A stretch of 64,000 nt of DNA, taken from the NCBI GenBank assembly GCA_016218765.1, contig JACRCZ010000085.1:871-64870 (forward strand), in the 5' to 3' direction. The stretch's first letter is position 1. Every line of letters begins with the position of its first letter. Origin of the DNA: Deltaproteobacteria bacterium (lineage in GTDB: Bacteria; Myxococcota_A; Polyangia; DRWM01; JAAZOP01). Both the position numbers and the translations under genes were made by a program. Below the pieces are notes generated by a model, which saw only the letters and a list, made by a program, of their open reading frames with translations, was not told the DNA's origin and made no database searches. Below, one piece after another: positions 19,101 through 27,460 of the stretch.

Positions 19101-19402
19101 AGGGGGCGAAGCGCCTCCTCGCCGGCGGTGAACGTCACGCCGGCGGCCAGAAGCGTCTCGCGAGCCGCCGTGAAGGGGGACACGAAGCGGATGCCCGGCA
19201 GGCGATCGGCGAGTCCGAGGCGGCACAGCTCGCGCCGCAGCGCATGCGCCGTGCGCTCGTTGGGGACGAGGACGGATGCCTCGGGGAGCGGATGTTTGCG
19301 GGGCAGCTCGGCGACGGCGCGGGCCCAGTCGGCGGTGGACCAGAGGACGCGGGCGGCGGTCCGCGTGTCCCTCGCCTCTGCCGCTTTCGTCCGTCTCGCC
19401 AT
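16136..19402 (-). CDS. addB: AddB-type nuclease subunit with Fe-S cysteines
   Basis: Start MARRTKAAE. C-terminal RecB-like nuclease (RIDRIDV...VRDLKTG...QLALY). The Cys set (LLQCPYRF ... CDYCPFVAVC) is typical of the AddB 4Fe-4S cluster. Operonic with addA. Confidence 0.8.
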   Translation of the reverse strand: MARRTKAAEARDTRTAARVLWSTADWARAVAELPRKHPLPEASVLVPNERTAHALRRELCRLGLADRLPGIRFVSPFTAARETLLAAGVTFTAGEEALRPLRVRRLLRRERPMRYFDSIQLRSRPGWDDAFARTITELEGAGLSSSELLRAAQAREADLAAVWTELDAEAGTSWTAARILREAAERLPAACPLHGPILIAVTGHETVAHAAFLRALPRHSLAVLAARPVREEHLERLERLFGRACTEALRDARPPIGGATDRDRLAAHLFEPPERSPRAPAGRSPDGSVDLELCAGIEDELEAAADWIAHEVLEHRTPLEELAVLLPNLDPLAGMLVDRIERLPWPGGPLPVCIQGGLPASATAAGARILGLLRALGDALPASRVAAVLPWLRLEGDDGHLSTGEAVELAFALGTVGGTPSNPRGALEWKARLAERAEERQRTVDSRLSTLDSPPEHREVRRRRERLLRNLRAVRASFAALVDLAEGILAGESLPEIHARLIEFVERHVRLPAAGDEAVPALLLGAVEAGCVSQVVAELRGTEALRFVESTLAGLRVRGGRFGEPAVYVGTIAGTATLPFRAVRVIGLAEGHFPASERVDPVLPADGRRGAAGPTDRTLSQLHAFDRLVRNTSARVVLSVPASDVNGTEREPSALLLDVASAIAPDDRGPGRADVSVPGLADIARLWFEPARARRRAWRLERPLGPTASHDAAAAATAKATSPGVPDGGAGLVVVPGAWAGAGELDLARLLERETRGNEGPMGGFVASASVLPAIPGLARERPLSPTAVRTLLQCPYRFLLSSLLGWQEPVSAPTGLDLDPLSFGSLFHRVAEMFAREHGTEFGARSRGPDEWKATAAALARPAFDELAREVPLAGPDVRRQQLERLLAAVAVFVDYDWNGGRPRRLFACEHAFGEPEPFELRLGDNTLYLHGRIDRIDVEDERTVVRDLKTGRVHLRAGREADPEPRLDVQLALYGLAAERLAGEWGTPARIETAYAYVERRPALERAFRGDWELLREASLRWLDVAVRLLVERSFPRTPAAADCDYCPFVAVCGEAAPGRRFAPGPPAAGAAADFHALRAEEAPGS
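18046..18080 (+). repeat. heptamer tandem array AGTCGAG/AGTCGAC x5 inside the addB coding sequence
   Basis: The units are AGTCGAG, AGTCGAC, AGTCGAG, AGTCGAC and AGTTCGT, read directly. On the minus strand they encode TVDSRLSTLDSP of AddB. The same array type recurs at 34394-34442. Confidence 0.85.
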
Positions 19403-19404
19403 CC

Positions 19405-19548
19405 GGAGGAAGGAAACCACAGATGGACACAGATGAACACAGATGGGACGGGAGGGAAGCAAGGAACCACCGATGGACACCGATGGGACAGGGAAGGAAG
19501 GAAGGAACCACCGATGAACACCGATGGACACCGATGGGACAGGGAGGG
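19405..19548 (+). repeat. composite decamer arrays (CAC[A/C]GATG[G/A]A)n-GGGAC separated by purine-rich GGAAGGAA tracts, 3 units
   Basis: Unit 1 is 19405-19449, unit 2 is 19450-19489 and unit 3 is 19490-19540. Each is GGAAGGAA(A/C)C followed by 2-3 phased 10-mers ACMGATGRAC and GGGAC. The array fills the divergent intergenic region between addB and the next lipoprotein gene. Confidence 0.85.
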
Positions 19549-19601
19549 GTCACGGCCGTCGACCGGCGACCGGCGCCGTCGTTTCGGCCCCGGTCGCTTC
19601 C

Positions 19602-19630
19602 TTGACATCCCGAGGCCTGCGACGTCTGAT
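19602..19630 (+). promoter_or_regulatory. candidate sigma70-type promoter giving a near-leaderless transcript
   Basis: TTGACA (19602-19607), 17-nt spacer, TCTGAT (19625-19630). The ATG at 19637 is only 6 nt downstream and no SD is present. Confidence 0.35.
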
Positions 19631-19636
19631 TCCCGC

Positions 19637-20575
19637 ATGCGACGCGCTGTTTTCTTGACCCTGTCGGTGGTCGCCTTCTGCGGTTGCGGGGAGTCCGGTG
19701 CCGGAGGTGGCTGGGATGCGGTGTCGGGAGGTCCCCCGGCGTCCACCTTCCTCGACGTCTGGGCCTTCTCGGCTGACGACGTCTGGTTCGTGGACGGCGG
19801 CCCCAACGTGCATCGCTACGACGGCACGAGCTTCTCCACCCTGGCGACCCCCGCCGCCGGCGGCCTGAGCTGCATCTTCGCCCTTTCCGCGAGCGACGTC
19901 TGGCTCTGCGCGGGCGCCGAGGCGCTGCACTACGACGGCTCCGCGTTCACCGCGGTGGACGTCGCGGGACCGACCGGCCTCGACGGCCTGACCGACATCT
20001 GGGCCTCCTCCGCGTCCGACGTTTGGGTGGTCGGCGACGATGCGATCATCGCCCACTACGATGGGGCCGCGTGGAGCCGCACGATCGCCGGTTCGCCGTT
20101 CAAGACCGCGATCTGGGGCTCCGGTCCGACGGACATCTACGCGCTCGACACCTTCGACCTCGTGCACTACGACGGCACGGAGTGGAGCGAGGTCTCGTTC
20201 GCCGGAGGGGGCGGGGAGGGACAGGTCTGGGGGACGAGCGCCGGTGACGTATGGCTCATGACCGGCAGCTCGACGTTGGGCCACTTCGACGGCACGACCT
20301 GGACCGAGGTGGAGACGGGCGATCTCGTCGGCGACCTCACGGCGGTATGGGGGTCTGCGCCCGACGATCTCTGGGCCGCCGGCAGCGCGGGCGCGATCGC
20401 GCACTTCGACGGCGCCTCGTGGACGCAGGTCGCGCACCAGCAGATCGGCGCCCCGTACCTGCGCATGTTTACCGCCGTGCACGGCACGGCAGCGGGGGAC
20501 GTCTGGGCGGTCGGGTATCAGCTGGGCGAGGGCGGGAGCACCGGAATCCTCTACCACCGCGCGCCGCAGCCATAG
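19637..20575 (+). CDS. beta-propeller-like repeat lipoprotein
   Basis: Signal/lipobox MRRAVFLTLSVVAFCGC. About 7 repeats of the pattern DVWxxG....HYDG..W, consistent with propeller blades. Confidence 0.7.
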   Translation: MRRAVFLTLSVVAFCGCGESGAGGGWDAVSGGPPASTFLDVWAFSADDVWFVDGGPNVHRYDGTSFSTLATPAAGGLSCIFALSASDVWLCAGAEALHYDGSAFTAVDVAGPTGLDGLTDIWASSASDVWVVGDDAIIAHYDGAAWSRTIAGSPFKTAIWGSGPTDIYALDTFDLVHYDGTEWSEVSFAGGGGEGQVWGTSAGDVWLMTGSSTLGHFDGTTWTEVETGDLVGDLTAVWGSAPDDLWAAGSAGAIAHFDGASWTQVAHQQIGAPYLRMFTAVHGTAAGDVWAVGYQLGEGGSTGILYHRAPQP

Positions 20576-20667
20576 CCCGTCCCGCGGCTGCCGCCGTCGC
20601 CCCGGCCCGCTGTTCCGGCCCGCGGTTCCGCTTGTTCCACCGCCCTCTGCGGCGTACCCTCCCGCGC

Positions 20668-21297
20668 ATGACGTTTTCCGCACGACGCTGGATGGTGGCG
20701 CTGGTGATTGCCGGTCTCGCGCTCCGCTGCCGAATCGATGGGGAGGATGGGAGTCGCGAATCGGTCGCCGATCCGACGGCGGCGAACACTCCCCCGGCAC
20801 CGGCAATGGCCACGCGCGGCACCGCGACCGCGCCGCCGACGGCGGCGGCAATGGCGCGCGGCACGACGACCGGCCCGGGAACCGCCACACACCCCACGAC
20901 CGCCACGCCGTCGGCCTCAGGGACCGTCGCGCCCGCGACGCCGGGCACGCCGGCCGGGATCACGACCTTGCCTCCACCGGCCGTCACCATCCTGGGCCTC
21001 GACGTACACCCCATCGACGCAACGGGGGGCGAAGACGGGCGCGGGAATCGCGTGCCCGCGGTGCGCCCGGTCGCACTGGACGTGCGGGCCGAAGCGTGGG
21101 GCGGACGCGCGCTCGACCCCGTGCTGGAGGTCGGAGACCTGCGCTTCCACCACTACTCGCACCCCGAGATTGGGGTTTTGCGCTACGTCGCGGCGGACTT
21201 GGAGGCATTGCCCGCGGGCGCGCCGGTCTCGGTGCGCTGGCGGGGCGACGGGCGCGATCGGATTCCGGTTGTGCAGGCGCTGCAGGTGGCGCCGTGA
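20668..21297 (+). CDS. hypothetical secreted protein (Thr/Pro/Ala-rich linker)
   Basis: N-terminal hydrophobic segment MTFSARRWMVALVIAGLAL. The stop overlaps a possible GTG start of the next gene. Confidence 0.5.
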   Translation: MTFSARRWMVALVIAGLALRCRIDGEDGSRESVADPTAANTPPAPAMATRGTATAPPTAAAMARGTTTGPGTATHPTTATPSASGTVAPATPGTPAGITTLPPPAVTILGLDVHPIDATGGEDGRGNRVPAVRPVALDVRAEAWGGRALDPVLEVGDLRFHHYSHPEIGVLRYVAADLEALPAGAPVSVRWRGDGRDRIPVVQALQVAP

Positions 21298-21305
21298 GCC
21301 GCGCG

Positions 21306-23981
21306 ATGCTTCGGGGCGGATGCGCGGCGCGATGGGCCGCAGCACTGCTGGCCGCAGCTTTCGCCGCGACCGCCTGCGGCGACAGCACCAACAGCCCGTC
21401 GGATGCGGCGGACGACGGAGCGGGCGACGGCTCGACCGACGCGCGCCCGGACGGCATGCCCGACGCGGATTGCACCGACGGCTCCGCGGGACTCGTGATC
21501 CAGTGCCCGGAAGATATCGACCTGGGCTGCGTGCCCGCGGCGGGCGCGCCCGCCGAGTTCGCGGCGGCCGCCTCCTCCTGCGGGGACCCCTCGCCGGACG
21601 TCGTCTGCACGCCGGCGGCGGGAGCGTCCTTTGCGCCCGGCGACACGACGGTGGAGTGCGTGGCGACGGCGTCCTCGGGCGAATCGGCGAGCTGCGAGTT
21701 CACCGTGCACGCGGTGCGCGACGGGGGGTTCGACCTCGTCTGCACGCCGGGCGTCACGACCGCGTGCGCCGGCCCCGCGACGGCGGTGGACGTTCCGGCA
21801 CCGACCATCGATGAGCGGTGCGGCACGGCAGTGGGCGCGGTGATGAGCGACGCACCCGCGGGGGGAGTCCCCGGCGGGACCACGACGGTGACGTTCTCGG
21901 CGAGCGGCGAGGCGGGATTCTCGACGACGTGCACGACGATGGTGACGGTGACGGACGGGGCGCCCCCGGTCCTGACTTGCCCGCCGTCGGTGATCGCGGT
22001 GCGCACCGACCCGGCGGCCGACGCCCCGGCGCCGGTGCTCGAGGCGGCCGATGCCTGCCAGGGCGTGGTGCCGGCGACGGCGAGCCCGGCGACCCTGCCG
22101 CGCGGTACGTACCCGGTGGAGTACACGGCGACGGATGCCTCGGGGAACGACGCGACGTGCACGACGACGGCGACCGTGCTGGACGCCTTCGCACCGGGCT
22201 GGCCGCGCGTGGCCAGCGCGCGCCTCGGCTCGGACGGCACGACATCGATCGTCGTGGCCTGGGAGCCGTCGACCGGGGCCGACGTGCAAGGCTACCGGGT
22301 CGATCGGGCTGCGGCGCCGGACGGGCCGTGGACGGCGCTGGGGCTCGTGGACGGCGCGACCCTGGTCTTCACCGATCCGGCCCTGCCGGGGACCGTGGCG
22401 TGGTACCGCGTGGTCGCCCTGGCCGGCGATTTGGACGGAGGCGCGACGACGCCCGTGCGCGCCCTGTCCATCGCGGCGGCGCAGTACGACCTGCGCGGCC
22501 AGTCCGTGCCGACCGTGCCGTTCTCGACGACGCTCTACGGCGTGGTGCGCCACCCCGTGGACTGGGGTCTCGGGCCGTACCCGCCGGTGATCCTGCTGCA
22601 CGGCAACCACGGCAACTGCCGGCCGACGCGCACGATCGGGGACGACGATTGCGCGGAGACGACCGACCACGACTGCCACCGCGCCGGCTACACGACGACG
22701 CCGAACGCGGAGGGCATGGCGTACCTGGCGGAGACGCTGGCGGCGCACGGGTACGTGGCGACGACGATCAGCGCCAACGCGCTCAACTGCCGCGACGACT
22801 ACATCCCGGAGCGGGTCGAGCTCATCCTGGAGCACCTGCGGCGCTGGCGCGACTGGTCGAGCGTCGGCGGGGCGCCGTTCGGCGCGACGTTCGTCGGCCA
22901 CGTCGACATGGAGCACGTCGGGCTGGTGGGTCATTCCCGAGGGGGCGAGGCGGTGGCGCTGGCGCCGGCGCGGCTGGCGGCGACGCCGATCGCGGGGGTG
23001 GCGATCGGCTCGGTGTGGTCCACGGCGCCGACGGACTACCATGGCGGCTCGCCGTCGGCGGTGCCGTACGCGGTGCTGGTACCGGGCTGCGACGGCGACG
23101 TGCCGCTGGGCCACGGCATTGCGATCTACGATCGCTCCCTCCTGCCGGCGGGGCAGCCGCACAGCCAGGTGTTCTTCGTGGCGGCGAACCACAACTACTT
23201 CAGCACGGAGTGGCGGTACGACGACAACCTGCTGTCGCTGACGTGCTGGAGCTGGGACGAGATCGGGGCGCGGGCTCAGCGCGGGATGCTGGAGGCGACG
23301 CTGGCCGCGTGGTTCGACGGGACGCTGGCGCCGGGCGGGGAGCTGGAGCCGTTCCTGCGGGCGGACGGGGAGACGCCGCTGGGGATCGAGGCGTGGGCGA
23401 ACAGCGACCTCGACCTGCGCTGGTCGCACGCGGCGTCCGTGCGGACGGCGATCGACGACTTCTCGGGCGCGGGCGCGCCGGCGGTGAACCTGCTGGGCCG
23501 GCCCAACACGTTCTCGGGCTACTCGACGAGCCGGTCGTGCTCGCAGAACGGGTGCGACACGAGCTTCGATCATCCGCATGATGCGATGTTCCTGTCGTGG
23601 GACGGCGGGACGCCGGTGGCGTCCTGGGATCTGGGCGGCCTGGACGCGACCGGGGCGGCGGGCTTCTCGTTCCGGATGGTTTCGCGGCGCAGCACGCTCA
23701 ACGACGGGATCGTGGAGCAGCTCTTCCTGGTCCGGCTGGTGGACGGGGACGGGACGACGGTGGAGTTTCCGCTCACGGACGTGCGGCGCGTGCCGCACCT
23801 GTACACGAGCAACGACGTCAAGGAGATGCTGCAGACGGTGCGCGTGCCGTTGCCGGCGCTGGCGGCGTTCACGCCGGGCTTCGACCTGGGCGGGCTGGGG
23901 CGTTTCGAGCTGGAGATGACGGCGGCGGGACACACGCGCGGCTCGGTGCTGGTGACGGACCTCGAGCTGGCGGGGAATTGA
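21306..23981 (+). CDS. large lipoprotein: HYR-like Cys-containing Ig repeats, FN3-like domain and alpha/beta-hydrolase domain
   Basis: Lipobox AAFAATAC. Repeated GxTxVxxxAxDxxGNxAxCxxxVTV-type modules (GDTTVECVATASSGESASCEFTVHAV, GTYPVEYTATDASGNDATCTTTATV). VGHSRGGEA nucleophile elbow (GxSxG). Alternative GTG start at 21294. Confidence 0.7.
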   Translation: MLRGGCAARWAAALLAAAFAATACGDSTNSPSDAADDGAGDGSTDARPDGMPDADCTDGSAGLVIQCPEDIDLGCVPAAGAPAEFAAAASSCGDPSPDVVCTPAAGASFAPGDTTVECVATASSGESASCEFTVHAVRDGGFDLVCTPGVTTACAGPATAVDVPAPTIDERCGTAVGAVMSDAPAGGVPGGTTTVTFSASGEAGFSTTCTTMVTVTDGAPPVLTCPPSVIAVRTDPAADAPAPVLEAADACQGVVPATASPATLPRGTYPVEYTATDASGNDATCTTTATVLDAFAPGWPRVASARLGSDGTTSIVVAWEPSTGADVQGYRVDRAAAPDGPWTALGLVDGATLVFTDPALPGTVAWYRVVALAGDLDGGATTPVRALSIAAAQYDLRGQSVPTVPFSTTLYGVVRHPVDWGLGPYPPVILLHGNHGNCRPTRTIGDDDCAETTDHDCHRAGYTTTPNAEGMAYLAETLAAHGYVATTISANALNCRDDYIPERVELILEHLRRWRDWSSVGGAPFGATFVGHVDMEHVGLVGHSRGGEAVALAPARLAATPIAGVAIGSVWSTAPTDYHGGSPSAVPYAVLVPGCDGDVPLGHGIAIYDRSLLPAGQPHSQVFFVAANHNYFSTEWRYDDNLLSLTCWSWDEIGARAQRGMLEATLAAWFDGTLAPGGELEPFLRADGETPLGIEAWANSDLDLRWSHAASVRTAIDDFSGAGAPAVNLLGRPNTFSGYSTSRSCSQNGCDTSFDHPHDAMFLSWDGGTPVASWDLGGLDATGAAGFSFRMVSRRSTLNDGIVEQLFLVRLVDGDGTTVEFPLTDVRRVPHLYTSNDVKEMLQTVRVPLPALAAFTPGFDLGGLGRFELEMTAAGHTRGSVLVTDLELAGN

Positions 23982-24075
23982 CGCTCCGGGTGGATTTCCC
24001 CTATTCTGCACGGACCGTTGCGGCCCCGGGGGCGTCGCCGCGCGGGCGGCACCCGTGCCGGGGAATGACCGATCG

Positions 24076-25101
24076 ATGGCAAGAGCGCTGAAGCTCAGGT
24101 TCGTGGCCGGGAAGTACGAGGGCGGCGAGTTCCGCCTCCCGGCCGAGGGCGAGGTGCTGATCGGGCGCGGGGCGGAGCTGCCGGTGGTGCTGGCCGAGGA
24201 CATGGTCTCGCGCAAGCACGCGCGGCTGACGATCAAGGGCGAGCAGATCCGCATCGAGGATCTCGGCTCGACGAACGGGACGTTCGTCAACGGCGAGCGC
24301 GTGAAGGCGGCGGACGTGAAGGTCGGGGACCGCATCCTGATCGGCACGTCGATCATGAAGGTGCTGGCGACGGAGGTGCCGGACGCGCGGCCCCCGCGCG
24401 GGTCGGGAGGAGGCATCCCGACGGCGCGTTCGATGCCGACGCGGCCGTCGGTCGGGGCGAGCGGGCCGCCGCCGGTGACGACGCACATGACGGCACCGCC
24501 GCTGGAGGGCGCCGAGCCGCGGGAGCTGCGGCAATCGACCGGAAGCGTGAAGACGGTCGCGGGCTCGATCGAGGAGATCCCGCTGCCCGACATCCTGCAG
24601 CTCTTCGCGGCCAGCCGGAAGACGGGTCTCCTGGTCGTCAAGTCCGGTGCGGCGCGGCGGGCGAACCTGTACATCGAGAACGGGCAGGTGGTTCACGCCC
24701 GGCTGGAGGGCAGCGCCGAAAGCCGCTCGCGCAAGACGCTGCTGCGCGTCCTGCGCTGGAAGAGCGGCACGTTCGAGCTGCGGCCGTCGAAGTCGGTGCC
24801 GGAGGGCGATCGGCTGGACGAGCCGATGGAGCACCTGCTCATGGACGGGCTCCGGGAGCTGGACGAGATCGAGCGCCTGCGTCCCGATCTGCCGGACGAC
24901 GAGGCCAACCTGACCATCGTCCGACCGCTGGCGCCGAAGCTGCGCGACCTCCTGCCCAGCACCCTCGATCTGCTCCAGGCCGTCCACAACGAGGGCCAGC
25001 TCGCCCGGGTGATGGACGCCTTCCCGGACATGACCGATCTGGACGTCGCGATGGAAATCGTGCTCCTGATCCAGAAGGGCTACATCAGCGTTTCGAAGTG
25101 A
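24076..25101 (+). CDS. FHA domain protein with C-terminal DUF4388/PATAN-like domain
   Basis: FHA core: IGRG...VSRKHARL...IEDLGSTNGTFVNGERV. C-terminal GSIEEIPLPDILQLFAASRKTGLLVV...LYIENGQVVHA is typical of DUF4388. Confidence 0.8.
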   Translation: MARALKLRFVAGKYEGGEFRLPAEGEVLIGRGAELPVVLAEDMVSRKHARLTIKGEQIRIEDLGSTNGTFVNGERVKAADVKVGDRILIGTSIMKVLATEVPDARPPRGSGGGIPTARSMPTRPSVGASGPPPVTTHMTAPPLEGAEPRELRQSTGSVKTVAGSIEEIPLPDILQLFAASRKTGLLVVKSGAARRANLYIENGQVVHARLEGSAESRSRKTLLRVLRWKSGTFELRPSKSVPEGDRLDEPMEHLLMDGLRELDEIERLRPDLPDDEANLTIVRPLAPKLRDLLPSTLDLLQAVHNEGQLARVMDAFPDMTDLDVAMEIVLLIQKGYISVSK

Positions 25102-25160
25102 TCCGGCGGACTTGCCCTTCGACTCGCTGCGCCCCTCGACAAGCTCGGGGCGGGCTTCGC

Positions 25161-25541
25161 TCAGGGCCGCGCCGCGCCGGCGCGGCGGGCGAGCCAGTCG
25201 AGCGCCTTGTCGCGGGCCTCGGTCAGCCGGCGTGTCAGCTCGGTGGCGGCGCGCTCCCGGTCTGGATCGGTCGCGTGGCGGTCGGGGTGGTAGCGGGACA
25301 GGAGGGTGCGCCAGGCACGGCGGACGTCGTCGGCGCCGGCGGTGAGGGGGAGCTCGAGCGCGGCGAAGGCGCGACGGATGTCGTCGGAGGGTGCGGCGAC
25401 GTCGCCGGCGGGGGTCGCGGGCGGAGGCGGGACGGGCGGGTCGTAGCGTTCGCCGGGGGGCGATGGGCGGAGCCGAGCGGCGATGGACTTGCGGGCGTGT
25501 GCGACCTCGGCCCGCAGGAGGCGGGAGACCCGCTTCCACAT
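25161..25541 (-). CDS. J-domain (DnaJ-like) protein, 126 aa
   Basis: DDVRRAWRTLLSRYHPDRH contains the HPD tripeptide in a J-domain helix II/III context. Confidence 0.6.
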   Translation of the reverse strand: MWKRVSRLLRAEVAHARKSIAARLRPSPPGERYDPPVPPPPATPAGDVAAPSDDIRRAFAALELPLTAGADDVRRAWRTLLSRYHPDRHATDPDRERAATELTRRLTEARDKALDWLARRAGAARP

Positions 25542-25546
25542 GGCGG

Positions 25547-25864
25547 TCAGCGAGGCCTGCGGGTGAGGAGTTTCTCGAGCAGGCCGGCCGAGTAGGAGGT
25601 GAGGGAGGTGAAGACGACGCCCATGCCGGGCGGATCGTCCTGGACGCGTACGACCTCGCCTTCGCCTTCCACGGTCTCGATCTCGGTCATGATGACGGAG
25701 AAGCGCAGGCGCACGCGGGTGCCGACGGGCAGCGGGGTCTTGGAGCGGATGAAAACGCCGGTGCGGGAGATGTTCGTGACGTACTCCTCGACGAACGTCT
25801 CGAAGTTCTCGAACTCGCGGTTGATCACGACGCGTTCCGCGCGCCTCTTGTCGTCGTCGTTCAT
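25547..25864 (-). CDS. PilZ domain protein
   Basis: RRAERV...(RxxxR-like) and NISRTGVFI (D/NxSxxG) motifs of c-di-GMP-binding PilZ domains. Small single-domain protein. Confidence 0.8.
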   Translation of the reverse strand: MNDDDKRRAERVVINREFENFETFVEEYVTNISRTGVFIRSKTPLPVGTRVRLRFSVIMTEIETVEGEGEVVRVQDDPPGMGVVFTSLTSYSAGLLEKLLTRRPR

Positions 25865-25870
25865 GGCCGA

Positions 25871-27364
25871 TCACCCCTTGCGAATCGTGAACGCCTCGAT
25901 GTGATACTCGGGAACCGCCTCGATGCGCAAGTTGAGCCCGAGGGCCCCGGTGGTGCGTTCGAGGTACGCCTTCTCGGGGCCGAGGAGGGCGTCGCGGACG
26001 GCAGGGTGGACGAGCAGGACCCAGGAGCCGCCCTTGCGGCCGCCGGCCTCGCGCCGCACCTCGCGCAGGATCTCGTAGCACACGGTGCGTTTGGAGCGCA
26101 CGGCGCCGGTCCCGTCGCAGTACCAGCACGGCTCGTGGAGGGTGCGGCCGAGCGACTCGCGGGTGCGCTTGCGGGTCATCTCGACCAGCCCCAGCTCGGA
26201 GATGCGGATGACGCTGGTGCGTGCCTTGTCGTGACGCAGGGCCTCGAGGAGGGCGCGGTAGACCTGGTCGCGGTTCTGGGTCGACTCCATGTCGATGAAG
26301 TCGATGATGATGAGGCCGCCGATGTTGCGGAAGCGGAGCTGGTAGGCCGCCTCGGCGACGGCCTCCAGGTTGTTGCGCAGGATCGTCTCCTCGAAGTTGC
26401 GCTTGCCGGTGAACTTGCCGGTGTTGACGTCGATCGCCGTCAGCGCCTCGGCCTGATCGATGACGAGCGAGCCGCCGGAGGGGAGCGGGACGCGCCGCTG
26501 CAGGGCGCGCTTGAGCTCTTCCTCGATGCCGTAGGCGTCGAAGATCGGCTCGTCGCCCTGGTACCGGTCGATGGCCGAGGCGGCCTCGGGCATGTAGCGC
26601 TGGGCGTATTCGGACAGCCGGCGCCAGGCGTCCTCGTCATCGATCACGACGCGGTCGACGGCGCCGGAGAACAGGTCGCGGAAGGCGCGGATGACGAGGT
26701 CGTGGTCCTGGCGCAGGAGGAGGGGGGCGGCGCCGGAGCCGCGGGCCTTCTGGATGGCGGCCCATTCCGAGCGCAGGGCGTCCATCTCGGACTCGATGGC
26801 CTCGCGGGGGCGGCCGGCGGAGGCGGTGCGGCAGATGAACCCGCCTTCGTCGCCGTCGCGGTGGCCCTGGACGATGGCGCGGAGCCGCTGGCGCTCGGCC
26901 TGGTCCTCGATGCGCCGCGAGATGCCGATGTGGCTGACCTGGGGCAGGTAGACGAGGGTGCGGCCGGGGAGCGCGATGTTGGGCGTGACGCGGGCGCCCT
27001 TGGTGCTGATCGGGGCCTTGCTGACCTGGACCAGGACTTCCTGGCCCTCGCGGAGGATGTCGCGGATGGAGCGGCGGGCGCGGGCCTTGCTTCCCTCGTC
27101 GCCGCCCGTCTCCGCGATCATCTCGTCGAGGAACTTCATCGCGTCGCCGAGCTGGAGGAAGGCGGCGCGATCGAGGCCGATGTCGATGAAGCAGGCCTGC
27201 ATGCCGGGAAGGACGCGCTGGACCTTTCCGGCATAGACGGCGTTCTCGATCGAGCGTTCGGCCGAACGTTCGATGTGGAACTCGGTCACCTTGCCCTCTT
27301 CGGACAGCGCGACACGGGTCTCGAAGGGGTCGACGTTCACGAACAGGCGGCTAGGACGCGCCAT
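25871..27364 (-). CDS. rng: ribonuclease G / RNase E-G family
   Basis: Has an N-terminal S1 domain (YAGKVQRVLPGMQACFIDIG). The catalytic core carries AEALTAIDVNTGKF and IGGLIIIDFIDM. The length is typical of Rng/CafA. Confidence 0.9.
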   Translation of the reverse strand: MARPSRLFVNVDPFETRVALSEEGKVTEFHIERSAERSIENAVYAGKVQRVLPGMQACFIDIGLDRAAFLQLGDAMKFLDEMIAETGGDEGSKARARRSIRDILREGQEVLVQVSKAPISTKGARVTPNIALPGRTLVYLPQVSHIGISRRIEDQAERQRLRAIVQGHRDGDEGGFICRTASAGRPREAIESEMDALRSEWAAIQKARGSGAAPLLLRQDHDLVIRAFRDLFSGAVDRVVIDDEDAWRRLSEYAQRYMPEAASAIDRYQGDEPIFDAYGIEEELKRALQRRVPLPSGGSLVIDQAEALTAIDVNTGKFTGKRNFEETILRNNLEAVAEAAYQLRFRNIGGLIIIDFIDMESTQNRDQVYRALLEALRHDKARTSVIRISELGLVEMTRKRTRESLGRTLHEPCWYCDGTGAVRSKRTVCYEILREVRREAGGRKGGSWVLLVHPAVRDALLGPEKAYLERTTGALGLNLRIEAVPEYHIEAFTIRKG

Positions 27365-27460
27365 GACAGTCGCTCACCTCATCCCGGGGCCCGGGGGCGG
27401 GCACAGATGCCCACGGGATGGCGGATACCATCCGGCGGGCGCAGCGTCAACCAACGACGG

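Noticed and set aside
9163-19402. SbcDC/AddAB as a Lamassu-, Gabija- or Wadjet-type defence system
   Set aside because: The proteins carry the full canonical housekeeping motifs: Mre11 phosphoesterase, Rad50 zinc hook, UvrD helicase plus RecB nuclease, and the AddB Fe-S cluster. The pairing is classical and no defence-specific effector domains are seen.
19405-19548. Possible CRISPR array (also considered for 33943-34095 and the heptamer arrays)
   Set aside because: Units are 7-18 bp and directly abutting or separated by purine tracts, with no 25-40 bp unique spacers. No cas genes are present in the window.
21183-24674. 1163-aa minus-strand ORF
   Set aside because: It is antisense to the HYR/hydrolase lipoprotein and FHA genes, which carry recognisable domains. 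Its composition is dominated by Arg, Pro, Ala and Gly.
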